Made by a program: the position numbers and the translations under genes
NCBI GenBank assembly: GCA_965652295.1
Contig: CBFGTS010000001.1
Location: 588,493-652,492 of the forward strand
Reading direction: 5' to 3'
DNA from: an uncultured Haloferula sp.
Lineage (GTDB): Bacteria; Verrucomicrobiota; Verrucomicrobiia; Verrucomicrobiales; Akkermansiaceae
Length of the DNA stretch: 64,000 nt
Shown: positions 8,628-17,580 of the stretch, piece after piece
How positions within the stretch are numbered: the stretch's first letter is position 1
Layout: every line of letters begins with the position of its first letter
Notes under the pieces: generated by a model
The model's input: the letters and a program-made list of their open reading frames with translations, nothing else
What the model was told of the DNA's origin: nothing
Databases searched by the model: none

Positions 8628-10145
8628 ATGTTCGAACAAGCCTTCAAAAACCTCGACGACGTCCTCTGGAAGGAGGCCGGCTGCTCGTCGGAACTCGACT
8701 ACACCGAGCAAACCTCATGGCTCCTTTTCCTGAAATACCTCGACGACCTCGAACGCGAGAAAGCCCAGCGGGCCGAATTGGTCGGCGAGAAATACGAGTA
8801 CGTCATCGACGACGCCCACGCCTGGTCCACTTGGGCGGCACCGAAGGACGATGACGGGAGGCTCGATCACGACCTCGCCGACACCGGCCCGGATCTGATC
8901 GATTTCGTCAACAACGACCTCTTCCCCTACCTCAAGGGCTTCAAGTCCCGCGCCTCGGCTCCCGACACCATCGAATACAAAATCGGCGAGATCTTCGGCG
9001 AGCTGACCAACAAGTTCCGCTCCGGCTACTCGCTGCGCGACGCGCTCGACCTGATCGACCAGCTCCGCTTCCGCTCGCAGAAGGAGAAGCACGAGCTCTC
9101 CGATCTCTACGAGACCCGCATCAAGAACATGGGGAACGCCGGGCGCAACGGCGGCGAATACTACACGCCTCGGCCGCTGATCCGCGCGATGATCGCCGTG
9201 TCCAAGCCGAAACTCGGTGAGCGGATCTACGATGGTGCCTGCGGCTCCGCCGGCTTCCTGTGCGAGGCCTACGACTACCTCCGCCACGGGGCGGACGGGA
9301 AAAGCGGCGACAAACTGAGCGCCTCGCAGCTCGAAACGCTCCAGCGCCGCACCCTCTACGGGAAGGAGAAGAAGAGCCTGGCCTACGTCATCGCCATCAT
9401 GAACCTCATCCTCCACGGGATCGAGGCACCGAACATCGTCCACTCCAACACCCTCGCCGACCACGACCCCGACGTGCAGGAGAAGGACCGCTACGACCTG
9501 GTGCTGGCGAATCCGCCTTTCGGCGGCAAGGAGCGGAAGGAAGTGCAGCAGAACTTCCCGATCAAGACCGGCGAGACCGCCTTCCTCTTCCTCCAGCACT
9601 TCATCCGCATGCTGCGCGCCGGCGGTCGCGGGGCGATCGTGATCAAGAACACCTTCCTCTCGAATTCCGACAACGCCTCGGTGGCCCTGCGCCGCGAGCT
9701 GCTGGAAAGCTGCAACCTCCACACCGTGCTCGATTGTCCCGGCGGCACCTTCCAAGGCGCGGGCGTGAAGACGGTCGTCCTGTTCTTCGAGAAAGGCGCG
9801 CCGACCCGGAAGGTGTGGTACTACCAGCTCGATCCCGGCCGCAACCTCGGCAAGACCAACCCGCTCAACGACGCCGACCTCGCCGACTTCGTCGAAAAGC
9901 AGGCCCGCTTCGCCGACTCCGACCGCAGTTGGTCGGTCAAGCTCGCCGACATCGACCCCGCGACCTGGGACCTGTCGGTGAAGAACCCGAACGTCGAGGA
10001 AGAGGACGCGCTACGGGAGCCGGAGGCGATCATCGCGGAGATCCGGAAGTTGGATAAGGAGAGTGAAGAAGTTTTGTTGTCGATTGCGGCCCTTTTTGGT
10101 GAGTGCGACAGCAATCTGAAACAACCCGGAGCGACGAGCCGATGA
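8628..10145 (+). CDS. hsdM: Type I restriction-modification methyltransferase subunit M
   Basis: GEYYTPR, motif I DGACGSAGFL, motif IV ANPPF, and HsdM-type N-terminus (EQTSWLLFLKYLDD). Confidence 0.96.
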   Translation: MFEQAFKNLDDVLWKEAGCSSELDYTEQTSWLLFLKYLDDLEREKAQRAELVGEKYEYVIDDAHAWSTWAAPKDDDGRLDHDLADTGPDLIDFVNNDLFPYLKGFKSRASAPDTIEYKIGEIFGELTNKFRSGYSLRDALDLIDQLRFRSQKEKHELSDLYETRIKNMGNAGRNGGEYYTPRPLIRAMIAVSKPKLGERIYDGACGSAGFLCEAYDYLRHGADGKSGDKLSASQLETLQRRTLYGKEKKSLAYVIAIMNLILHGIEAPNIVHSNTLADHDPDVQEKDRYDLVLANPPFGGKERKEVQQNFPIKTGETAFLFLQHFIRMLRAGGRGAIVIKNTFLSNSDNASVALRRELLESCNLHTVLDCPGGTFQGAGVKTVVLFFEKGAPTRKVWYYQLDPGRNLGKTNPLNDADLADFVEKQARFADSDRSWSVKLADIDPATWDLSVKNPNVEEEDALREPEAIIAEIRKLDKESEEVLLSIAALFGECDSNLKQPGATSR

Positions 10146-11362
10146 ACGAATGGCCCAGTAGTACCCTTGGGGAACTTTATGAAATTGCCCGAGGCGGGTC
10201 GCCGAGGCCTATTAAATCCTTCGTTACGACCGCGCCAGACGGTCTGAATTGGATTCGGATCGGAGATGCCCCACCGGGCTCCAAGTATATTTTCAAGACC
10301 GAACAAAAGATCAAACCGAGCGGTTTGAAAAAATCCCGATTGGTGAACGAGGGTGATTTTATCCTCTCGAACTCGATGAGCTTCGGGCGTCCATATATCA
10401 TGCGGACGACTGGATGCATCCACGACGGTTGGTTGGTGCTAAAGCCCCGGGAGAAGAGCTTCGATCAGAACTTTGCCTATTACCTCCTTGGATCGCCGTT
10501 GATTTTTCAACAGTTTGACCAACTTGCTGGCGGGTCCGTCGTGCGCAACTTGAACTCTGATTTGGTTAGAGGTGTAACGGTCCCGGTCCCGCCCCTCTCC
10601 GAGCAGGAGCGGATCGTGGGGATTCTGGATGAAGCGTTTGAGGGGATCGCGACCGCCACCGCCCACGCCGAACGCAACCTCCACAACGCCCGTGAACTCT
10701 TCCAAAGCGTCCTCCAATCCACCTTCCGGCAGAAGGGCGAGGATTGGGTGGAGACGACAGTTGGTGAGATCTGCGAAATCACCCACGGCTTCGCGTTCAA
10801 AGGGCCTGATTTCGCAAAGTCGGCCGATCCCGAGCTCCCGATCGTGCTTACACCCGGAGATTTCACCGAAGATGCTCGGCTCGATTTCGATCGGGAGAAT
10901 ACGAAGCGTCTGACGAGTTCACCCCCGAAGGACTACACGTTTGAGAAAGGCGATCTGGTAGTGGTAATGACAGACCTTTCTTCAAAAATGAAAATCCTCG
11001 GGAAGCCAGCCTTCATCGAGCGGGAGAACGTTCTTCATAATCAACGGATTGGGCGGGTGGTCTTTAGGAATGCTGAGGTGGATAAGAGGTTCCTGTATTA
11101 CTACTTTCGAACACCGCACTTTTTGGAGGGAGTTAAATCCAGTGCGACCGGCACGATGGTGAAGCACACGGCACCAAAGAGGATTTGTGCTGCTGTTTTG
11201 TCGTATCCCGAATCATTTGCCACCCAACAGGCCATCGTCGCCAAGCTCGACGCCCTGTCCGCGGAGACACGGCGGCTGGAAGCGATCTACGAGCGCAAGC
11301 TCGCCGCGCTGGCGGAGCTGAAGCAATCCCTCCTCCACCGCGCTTTCTCCGGGAAGCTTTGA
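10142..11362 (+). CDS. hsdS: Type I restriction-modification specificity subunit S
   Basis: ATGA overlap with hsdM. Two TRDs, each followed by conserved helical spacers (PPLSEQERIV...; QQAIVAKLD...LKQSLLHRAFSGKL). Confidence 0.95.
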   Translation: MNEWPSSTLGELYEIARGGSPRPIKSFVTTAPDGLNWIRIGDAPPGSKYIFKTEQKIKPSGLKKSRLVNEGDFILSNSMSFGRPYIMRTTGCIHDGWLVLKPREKSFDQNFAYYLLGSPLIFQQFDQLAGGSVVRNLNSDLVRGVTVPVPPLSEQERIVGILDEAFEGIATATAHAERNLHNARELFQSVLQSTFRQKGEDWVETTVGEICEITHGFAFKGPDFAKSADPELPIVLTPGDFTEDARLDFDRENTKRLTSSPPKDYTFEKGDLVVVMTDLSSKMKILGKPAFIERENVLHNQRIGRVVFRNAEVDKRFLYYYFRTPHFLEGVKSSATGTMVKHTAPKRICAAVLSYPESFATQQAIVAKLDALSAETRRLEAIYERKLAALAELKQSLLHRAFSGKL

Positions 11363-11371
11363 GACGATGCC

Positions 11372-12760
11372 ATGAATCGGGATTACACGCTGACCGCCGA
11401 CCAAGAGCCGATCATTGGACGGTTCTGGCTGCCTGGTGAGGAAGACGAGCACGAGTTTTCCGGTATTCTTCGTTTGCAAGCAGGCCAATCTGCTCATCTC
11501 GAAACTCACGAATTCAACGATTTGGGAATGTTGAACATGTTTCCAAGTGTGAAGCGGTCAGGAAATGGAGAGGGGCTGCATTTGCAGGGAGAGGCTTTCG
11601 AGGCTGCCCGGCGTCTCCCAGCCTACAAGGTGCTTCACGGGCATGACGAGCATGGGAAAAAGATCACTCTGCTGCGTGCGTCGGCAAGGTCCAGCCGGAG
11701 CACGCTTGCCATGAGCCGCTTGGAGTTTTCGTCCCAAGCCGTGATCTTTGGCGAGAACTTCGATCCTCAAGCAGCCTCGTTTGCAGGGCTGCGAATGCGG
11801 GTGGATCACCTCGACGAATGGTTGGGAAGGTGTGCGTTCCAGCACTTCAACGAGACCTTCTCTGAGGAAGACGGCCGCCGGCGATTGTCCAAGGTCACGA
11901 TTCCGGTTGCGCGGAATGGCGCTATTTCTCTCGGGTTGCCGGGCTATCGGGGGAGTCGGTTTTTCTGCTCCTACACGATGAGCTATGACATCCAAAGATT
12001 CGAGATGAGCGGCTGCGTTTATCTGGACCTCATGTTCGAGACACCCCTGCCGTTCTGGGAGCTGATGGAGCATGTGCATCGCTGGGAGTGGTTCTTCAGT
12101 CTTGCCGCGGGAGATACGCTGGATCTTGCCTACCTTGAAATTTATCCAAGTGGTGGAGAGGATGATGGCTTTCCGAACGGAGGGTATCCGGTGTGGGTTC
12201 GAAGGAGGAATAATCCGACGCCTCGCGATTCCAAGTTTCGGAGCGAGGGCTTTCATTTCACTTATCCCGACACGGAGGCCGACTTTCCTGACATCGTGAG
12301 GCGCTGGCAGAATCTTCGGAATTCGTGGGATGCCGTGCTGCATCGATGGTATGCGGTGATGATTCCTCGGGACCTTTGGATCAACGAGCGATTCCTATTC
12401 TTGGCTCAGGGATTGGAATCCATGCATCGAGCCAAGCAGGGAGTCGCGGGACAGGTCGATTTGGCCACAGCGGCGAAGTGTGCTTGGGAGGCAGCCCCCC
12501 CGGAATTGAGAGAGATCCTGGGCAAGAAGCGGAATTTCAAGAAGCGCTACCGCAAGACCCGGAACTACTGGACCCACTACGGAGAGCCAAGTCCGGCGAC
12601 GGATCCAGAGGTGCTGGATGACGACGAGCTCTTCTGTTTCACCGAGGCCCTTCGCTACGTCATCGAAGCGGCTCTGCTCACAGAACTTGGGGTCCCTGAA
12701 AGCTGTGTTCGCAAGGTCTGGAGCCAACGATGGAGAAGTCACCTTGTTGATTTCACCTAA
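11372..12760 (+). CDS. ApeA-like protein (ApeA N-terminal domain plus C-terminal HEPN RNase)
   Basis: N-terminal G.FWLP...SGIL.L...LHG....G.KITL pattern. C-terminal FL.LAQGLE..HR and the RxxxxH motif RNYWTH. Confidence 0.75.
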   Translation: MNRDYTLTADQEPIIGRFWLPGEEDEHEFSGILRLQAGQSAHLETHEFNDLGMLNMFPSVKRSGNGEGLHLQGEAFEAARRLPAYKVLHGHDEHGKKITLLRASARSSRSTLAMSRLEFSSQAVIFGENFDPQAASFAGLRMRVDHLDEWLGRCAFQHFNETFSEEDGRRRLSKVTIPVARNGAISLGLPGYRGSRFFCSYTMSYDIQRFEMSGCVYLDLMFETPLPFWELMEHVHRWEWFFSLAAGDTLDLAYLEIYPSGGEDDGFPNGGYPVWVRRRNNPTPRDSKFRSEGFHFTYPDTEADFPDIVRRWQNLRNSWDAVLHRWYAVMIPRDLWINERFLFLAQGLESMHRAKQGVAGQVDLATAAKCAWEAAPPELREILGKKRNFKKRYRKTRNYWTHYGEPSPATDPEVLDDDELFCFTEALRYVIEAALLTELGVPESCVRKVWSQRWRSHLVDFT

Positions 12761-12775
12761 AGCGCGTTTGTAGCC

Positions 12776-13249
12776 ATGCCTCCCACCTTCCGCCACTCCG
12801 CTGCCTTCGGGAAACGAATCGAATTCTACGTCGTCGGTCTCATGCTCAAAGAGGGATTGGACGTTTATCTGCCGTTGGTGGACGACAACCCCATCGACGC
12901 CGTGGTGAAGCGCCCGGACGGACGCTTCGTCGAGGTGCAGATCAAGGCGCGGTCAAAGAACTGCAATTTCGGTGACGGGGCCCTTTTTGCCGCCCTGACG
13001 CACGAGCTCCGTCCGAATTACTGGTTCGTCTTTTACTCGGAGCGGATGGAGACGATCTGGATCATGTCGTCGAACGAGTTCATCGAGCATTCGCACCAAA
13101 ACAAGAACGGAAAGAATGCCGGTAAACGCACGGTGTGGTTCAACGGCAAGAACACCAAGGCAGGCACCGAGCACGTGAAGCCGCAGTTCGAGAGGTTTGT
13201 GGCGTCGGATTTTCGGCGCATTCTGGAAGAAGATCCGGACCAGACGTAG
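12776..13249 (+). CDS. Small PD-(D/E)XK-fold nuclease-like protein
   Basis: E..V...L...G..V..P..DD..ID.VV......EVQIK pattern. Confidence 0.72.
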   Translation: MPPTFRHSAAFGKRIEFYVVGLMLKEGLDVYLPLVDDNPIDAVVKRPDGRFVEVQIKARSKNCNFGDGALFAALTHELRPNYWFVFYSERMETIWIMSSNEFIEHSHQNKNGKNAGKRTVWFNGKNTKAGTEHVKPQFERFVASDFRRILEEDPDQT

Positions 13250-13328
13250 AAGCGGACCGCTTGTTCTGGTCACTTGCCGGATTCGGGCTTGTCACGCTGC
13301 TGACGGAAATACTATTCACCAGAACATC

Positions 13329-14219
13329 ATGCGCCTGCTCCATCGCCAGAAGCTCCTCCTTTCCCTCGTCCAAGCGGCGGGAGGGACGCTGGGTGCCACG
13401 GACGTGCAGAAGCTGCTCTTCCTCTACACGCGGAAGTGGGAGCGGGAGGCGTCATTCCAATTCGTGCCCTACCGATTCGGATGCTTTTCGTTCCAGTCCT
13501 ACGCGGATCGTAAGTATCTGGAGCAGAAGGGATTGCTGGTGGTCGATGAGAACAACCGCTGGGAGATCACGGCCAAAGCCAAGCCCTTCGTGCCGCAGGA
13601 CGTGACGGCACGGTTACGGATCTTCGTAGACCGCACGGTGCCGGAGCGCGGAAGGGCTCTGGTGGAGCGCGTTTATCGGGAGGATCCGTTTTTCGCCACC
13701 CGCAGCGAGATGCTCCCGGAAGTGATTCCCTCGGCAAAGGAGCGGAAAGACCTGCTTTCGTCGGTCCCTGTCCCGACGGGGCGAGCCTTGTTCACGATCG
13801 GCTACGAGGGCGACAGCATCGATGGCTACCTTCAGCGCCTCATCCGGAACCGTGTGAAGCTGCTTTGCGACGTGAGGCGGAATCCGCTGAGCCGGAAGAC
13901 AGGATTCTCCAAGAACCAGCTTGCGACGTATTGCAGCCGGGTGGGTATCGGCTACCTCCACGTGCCGGAGCTGGGCATTCCCGGCCACCGGCGGATGGAA
14001 CTGAACAGCCAGGCCGACTACGACGCGCTCTTCGCCGAGTATGAGGTGGAGGACCTCCCACAGCAGGAGGATGCGGTGGCGCGATTGGTGAACCTGCTGG
14101 ATGAACATGAGCGGATTGCGCTTACCTGCTTCGAGAAGGAACCGCACTGCTGCCACCGCCACTGCGTGGCCGAGGCCATGGAAAAGCTGCCTGGCTGTCC
14201 GGTGGCCCAACACATCTAG
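13329..14219 (+). CDS. DUF488-domain protein with N-terminal winged-helix/SocA(Panacea)-like extension
   Basis: FTIGYEG, DVRRNPLSRK.GFSK, YLH.PELG and C.E.....CHR are DUF488 motifs. N-terminus has QKLLFLY...F.PY.FG..S. Confidence 0.82.
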   Translation: MRLLHRQKLLLSLVQAAGGTLGATDVQKLLFLYTRKWEREASFQFVPYRFGCFSFQSYADRKYLEQKGLLVVDENNRWEITAKAKPFVPQDVTARLRIFVDRTVPERGRALVERVYREDPFFATRSEMLPEVIPSAKERKDLLSSVPVPTGRALFTIGYEGDSIDGYLQRLIRNRVKLLCDVRRNPLSRKTGFSKNQLATYCSRVGIGYLHVPELGIPGHRRMELNSQADYDALFAEYEVEDLPQQEDAVARLVNLLDEHERIALTCFEKEPHCCHRHCVAEAMEKLPGCPVAQHI

Positions 14220-14232
14220 CCGTTTCTCCACC

Positions 14233-15063
14233 ATGGCCACCGAGCGTATTTTGATCACCGTCAAAACCTACCCGACGCTCTCTTCGAAATACGGCGAACT
14301 CGTTTGCACCGCCGGCTTGCGCGAGGACGGATCGTGGATCCGCATCTACCCGATCCCGTTCCGTAGCCTTGAAGAATACAAGAGGTTCGAGAAATGGCGC
14401 TTCATCACGGTGAACGTCCACCGGAACGCCAGAGATTCCCGCCCGGAGAGCCACAAGATCGATATCACCACCTTGCAGCTCGCCGAGGACCGGCTCGACA
14501 CGAAGGACTGCTGGCGCGAGCGGCGCCGGTGGGTGCTGGGTGCAGGAGAGGTTCACACGAACCTTACGCGCTTGATCGAGCTGGCGAACCGCGAGAACAG
14601 CCTCTCGCTAGCCACTTTCAAGCCGGCACGGATGCTCGACTTCGTGGTGGAGGCGGATGAACGGGAGTGGTCGCCGGACAAGGTGGCCGCCATCTCGCAA
14701 GCCTCGCTCCAAGAGGAGATGTTTCCCGAGTTCCGCCCGGAGAAGCTGACCAAGCTCGTGGAAAAGCTGCCGTTCAAGTTTTCCTACCTGATCGAAGATG
14801 ACGAAGGGCGGAAGTCGAAGATGATGATCGAGGACTGGGAGATCGGGGCGCTCTACTGGAACACCCTGAAGTCCTACGGCGATGAGAGCTCGGCGTTGGA
14901 GAAGGTTCGCGAGCAGTATTGGGACAATTTCATCAAGAAGGACCTTCACCTCTTCTTGGGGACGACCCGAGAATGGCACGGCCGAGGCAAGAACCCCTTC
15001 GTGATCATCGGGGTGTTTTATCCCGACCATCAACTGCAGCAGGAACTCGATCTCTTCGGTTGA
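14233..15063 (+). CDS. Conserved hypothetical protein, DUF488 partner (possibly OB-fold)
   Basis: Clean ORF with host-like codon usage, 13 bp after the DUF488 gene. KTYP..S.KY.E.VCTAG...WIRIYP N-terminus. Ends QQELDLFG. Confidence 0.75.
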   Translation: MATERILITVKTYPTLSSKYGELVCTAGLREDGSWIRIYPIPFRSLEEYKRFEKWRFITVNVHRNARDSRPESHKIDITTLQLAEDRLDTKDCWRERRRWVLGAGEVHTNLTRLIELANRENSLSLATFKPARMLDFVVEADEREWSPDKVAAISQASLQEEMFPEFRPEKLTKLVEKLPFKFSYLIEDDEGRKSKMMIEDWEIGALYWNTLKSYGDESSALEKVREQYWDNFIKKDLHLFLGTTREWHGRGKNPFVIIGVFYPDHQLQQELDLFG

Positions 15064-15083
15064 GAAGACCAGAATGCTTCAGA

Positions 15084-15109
15084 AGCTCCTTTCGGAGCTG
15101 TCTTCTTCT
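15084..15109 (+). terminator. Possible terminator hairpin between cargo genes and hsdR
   Basis: AGCTCC-TTTC-GGAGCT followed by GTCTTCTTCT. Confidence 0.35.
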
Positions 15110-15150
15110 GCTAGGCATACTTGCGCCTCCGGGTTAGAGCTAGCCCGTTC

Positions 15151-17481
15151 ATGAACGAGTCCGAAACCCGTGCCGAACTGATCGACCCTGCCCTCAAGGC
15201 GGCGGGGTGGGGGGTGACCGACGGCAGCCGGATTCTGCGGGAGCGGAATTGCCAGATCACGCCGGGGCGGCTGCAAGGGGCGGGACAGCGGGCCAAGGCG
15301 GAGATCGCCGACTACATTCTGGTGTTCCGGAACCGCAAGCTGGCGGTGATCGAGGCGAAGAAGCGGGATGCTCCGCTGACGCTCGGGGTGGGGCAGGCCA
15401 AGCAGTATGCGGGAAAGCTGCAATTGCGATTCGCCTACTCGACGAACGGTCTTGGCGTGTATGAGATCGACATGGACTCGGGGAAGGAGGCGGAGCTTCC
15501 GGCTTTTCCGACTCCTGAAGAACTCTGGCAGCGGACCTTCGCCGAGGAGAGCGATTGGCGGAATCGGTTCGCTGCGATTCCCTTCGAGGACAAGGGCGGC
15601 ACCTTCCAGGCCCGGTATTACCAGGATCTTGCGATCCAGCGGACGCTGGATGCCATCGCCGCCGGACAGACGCGGATGCTGCTGACGCTGGCGACCGGAA
15701 CAGGAAAGACCTTCATTGCCTTCCAGATCGCGTGGAAACTCTTCCACGCGAAGTGGAACATCGGCGGCGAGCCGACGCGGAGGCCGCGAATCCTCTTCTT
15801 GGCCGACCGCAACATCCTCGCGAACCAGGCCTTCAATGCGTTCTCGGCCTTTGACGACGACGCGCTCGTGAGAATCGAGCCGGATGCGGTGCGGAAGAAG
15901 GGCATGGTGCCGAAGAATGGCAGCGTGTTTTTCACCATCTTCCAGACCTTCATGTCGGGCTTCGACTACGCGACGAATGAAGCAAAGCCCTATTTCGGAG
16001 ACTATCCGGCGGACTTTTTCGATTTCATCGTCATCGACGAATGCCACCGCGGCGGGGCGAAGGATGAGAGCACCTGGCGGGGCATTCTGGAGTATTTCTC
16101 CCCGGCAGTGCAGCTCGGTCTGACGGCGACGCCGCTACGCAAGCACAACGCGGACACCTACGCCTACTTCGGTGAGCCGATCTTCACCTATGCCCTGAAG
16201 GACGGGATCAACGACGGTTTCCTGACGCCGTTCAAGGTGAACCAGATTTCGACCACGCTGGACGACTACGTTTACACGGCGGATGATGAGCTCATCGATG
16301 GCGACATCGAAGTCGGCAAACTCTACGACGAGGAGGATTTCAACAAGCGGATCGAGATCCGTGAGCGCGAAGCCAAGCGGGTGGAGATCTTCATGGGAAT
16401 GATCGACCCGCGGGAGAAGACGATCGTTTTCTGCGCGACACAGCTTCACGCGCTGGTCGTGCGGGACCTGATCAATCAGATGAAGACGGTGAACGACCCG
16501 AACTACTGCGCACGGGTGACTGCCGATGACGGGGCCCTGGGCGAGATGCATCTGAAGCATTTCCAGGACAACGAGAAGACGATCCCGACAATCCTGACGA
16601 CTTCGCAGAAGCTCTCGACGGGTGTGGATGCTCGGAACGTCCGTCACATCGTGCTCATGCGGCCGGTGAACTCGATGATCGAGTTCAAGCAAATCATCGG
16701 CCGCGGGACGCGTCTCTTTGACGGCAAGGATTACTTCACGATCCACGATTTCGTGAAGGCCTACACCCACTTTTCGGACCCGGAATGGGATGGAGAGCCG
16801 GTCGATCCTGAGACCCCGAAGCCGAGACAGCCGGGAGGCGATGGCGAGCCTCCAGTGCTCCCTCCCACCGGCGGCCCCGAGCCGGCTTCGCGCATGGCGC
16901 GGGTGACCTTGGCGGATGGAAAGGCAAGGCAGATCCAGCATATGGTGAAAACCAGCTTCTGGGGCCCGGATGGAACGCCGCTGTCCTCGGAGGAATTCTT
17001 GCAGCGACTCTACGGGGATCTGCCGGAGTTTTTCAGGGACGAGCAGGAGTTACGTGATCTCTGGAGCGACCCGACGACCCGTAAGCGGTTGTTCGAGGGG
17101 TTGGCGGACAAGGGCTATTCTTCAGAGCATTTGAAGCAGATGAGAAAGCTCATCGGTGCGGAAAACAGCGACCTGTTTGACGTGCTGGCCTATGTGTCGT
17201 TCGCGCTTGAGCCCGTGACGCGGGAGAAGCGGGTGGTGGAGCACAAGGATCTGATTTTCTCCCACTACGAGGACAAGCAGCAGGCGTTTCTGGACTTCGT
17301 GCTGGCTCAGTATGTGAAGCTGGGCGTTGAGGAACTGGGGGTGGAGAAACTGCCCGCCCTACTGGAACTCAAGTATCACAGCCTGCACGACGCCGGGGAA
17401 GCATTGGGAGAAGCGCCCAAAATCCGAAATCTCTTCACAGGATTCCAGAGACACCTATTCGACGGTAAGGAAACGGCATGA
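15151..17481 (+). CDS. hsdR: Type I restriction enzyme subunit R (EcoAI/EcoEI-like)
   Basis: ADY...VIEAK nuclease motif. Helicase motifs ATGTGKT, DECH, TATP and QIIGRGTR. EcoEI-R C-terminal-like region (SDLFDVL). Confidence 0.95.
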   Translation: MNESETRAELIDPALKAAGWGVTDGSRILRERNCQITPGRLQGAGQRAKAEIADYILVFRNRKLAVIEAKKRDAPLTLGVGQAKQYAGKLQLRFAYSTNGLGVYEIDMDSGKEAELPAFPTPEELWQRTFAEESDWRNRFAAIPFEDKGGTFQARYYQDLAIQRTLDAIAAGQTRMLLTLATGTGKTFIAFQIAWKLFHAKWNIGGEPTRRPRILFLADRNILANQAFNAFSAFDDDALVRIEPDAVRKKGMVPKNGSVFFTIFQTFMSGFDYATNEAKPYFGDYPADFFDFIVIDECHRGGAKDESTWRGILEYFSPAVQLGLTATPLRKHNADTYAYFGEPIFTYALKDGINDGFLTPFKVNQISTTLDDYVYTADDELIDGDIEVGKLYDEEDFNKRIEIREREAKRVEIFMGMIDPREKTIVFCATQLHALVVRDLINQMKTVNDPNYCARVTADDGALGEMHLKHFQDNEKTIPTILTTSQKLSTGVDARNVRHIVLMRPVNSMIEFKQIIGRGTRLFDGKDYFTIHDFVKAYTHFSDPEWDGEPVDPETPKPRQPGGDGEPPVLPPTGGPEPASRMARVTLADGKARQIQHMVKTSFWGPDGTPLSSEEFLQRLYGDLPEFFRDEQELRDLWSDPTTRKRLFEGLADKGYSSEHLKQMRKLIGAENSDLFDVLAYVSFALEPVTREKRVVEHKDLIFSHYEDKQQAFLDFVLAQYVKLGVEELGVEKLPALLELKYHSLHDAGEALGEAPKIRNLFTGFQRHLFDGKETA

Positions 17482-17580
17482 CATTCAAGCGTCAGACCGA
17501 GAGTCGCGAAAGGGGCTTTGACGAGATCTCGAGGGGTAACCTCGATATGTTCTAACGATTTTGGCGAGCTCGGACCGCCC

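Noticed and set aside
10142..11362. Phase-variable (shufflon-type) hsdS
   Set aside because: There is only one hsdS, with no silent TRD copies, recombinase or simple-sequence tract seen.
17508..17550. Short hairpin TCGAGG-ggtaa-CCTCGA between convergent hsdR and halogenase
   Set aside because: A 6-bp stem with no U-tract is too weak to call a terminator.
8450..17580. RM block as an integrative mobile element
   Set aside because: No integrase, transposase, tRNA or flanking direct repeat was found by eye. It is described only as a defence locus.
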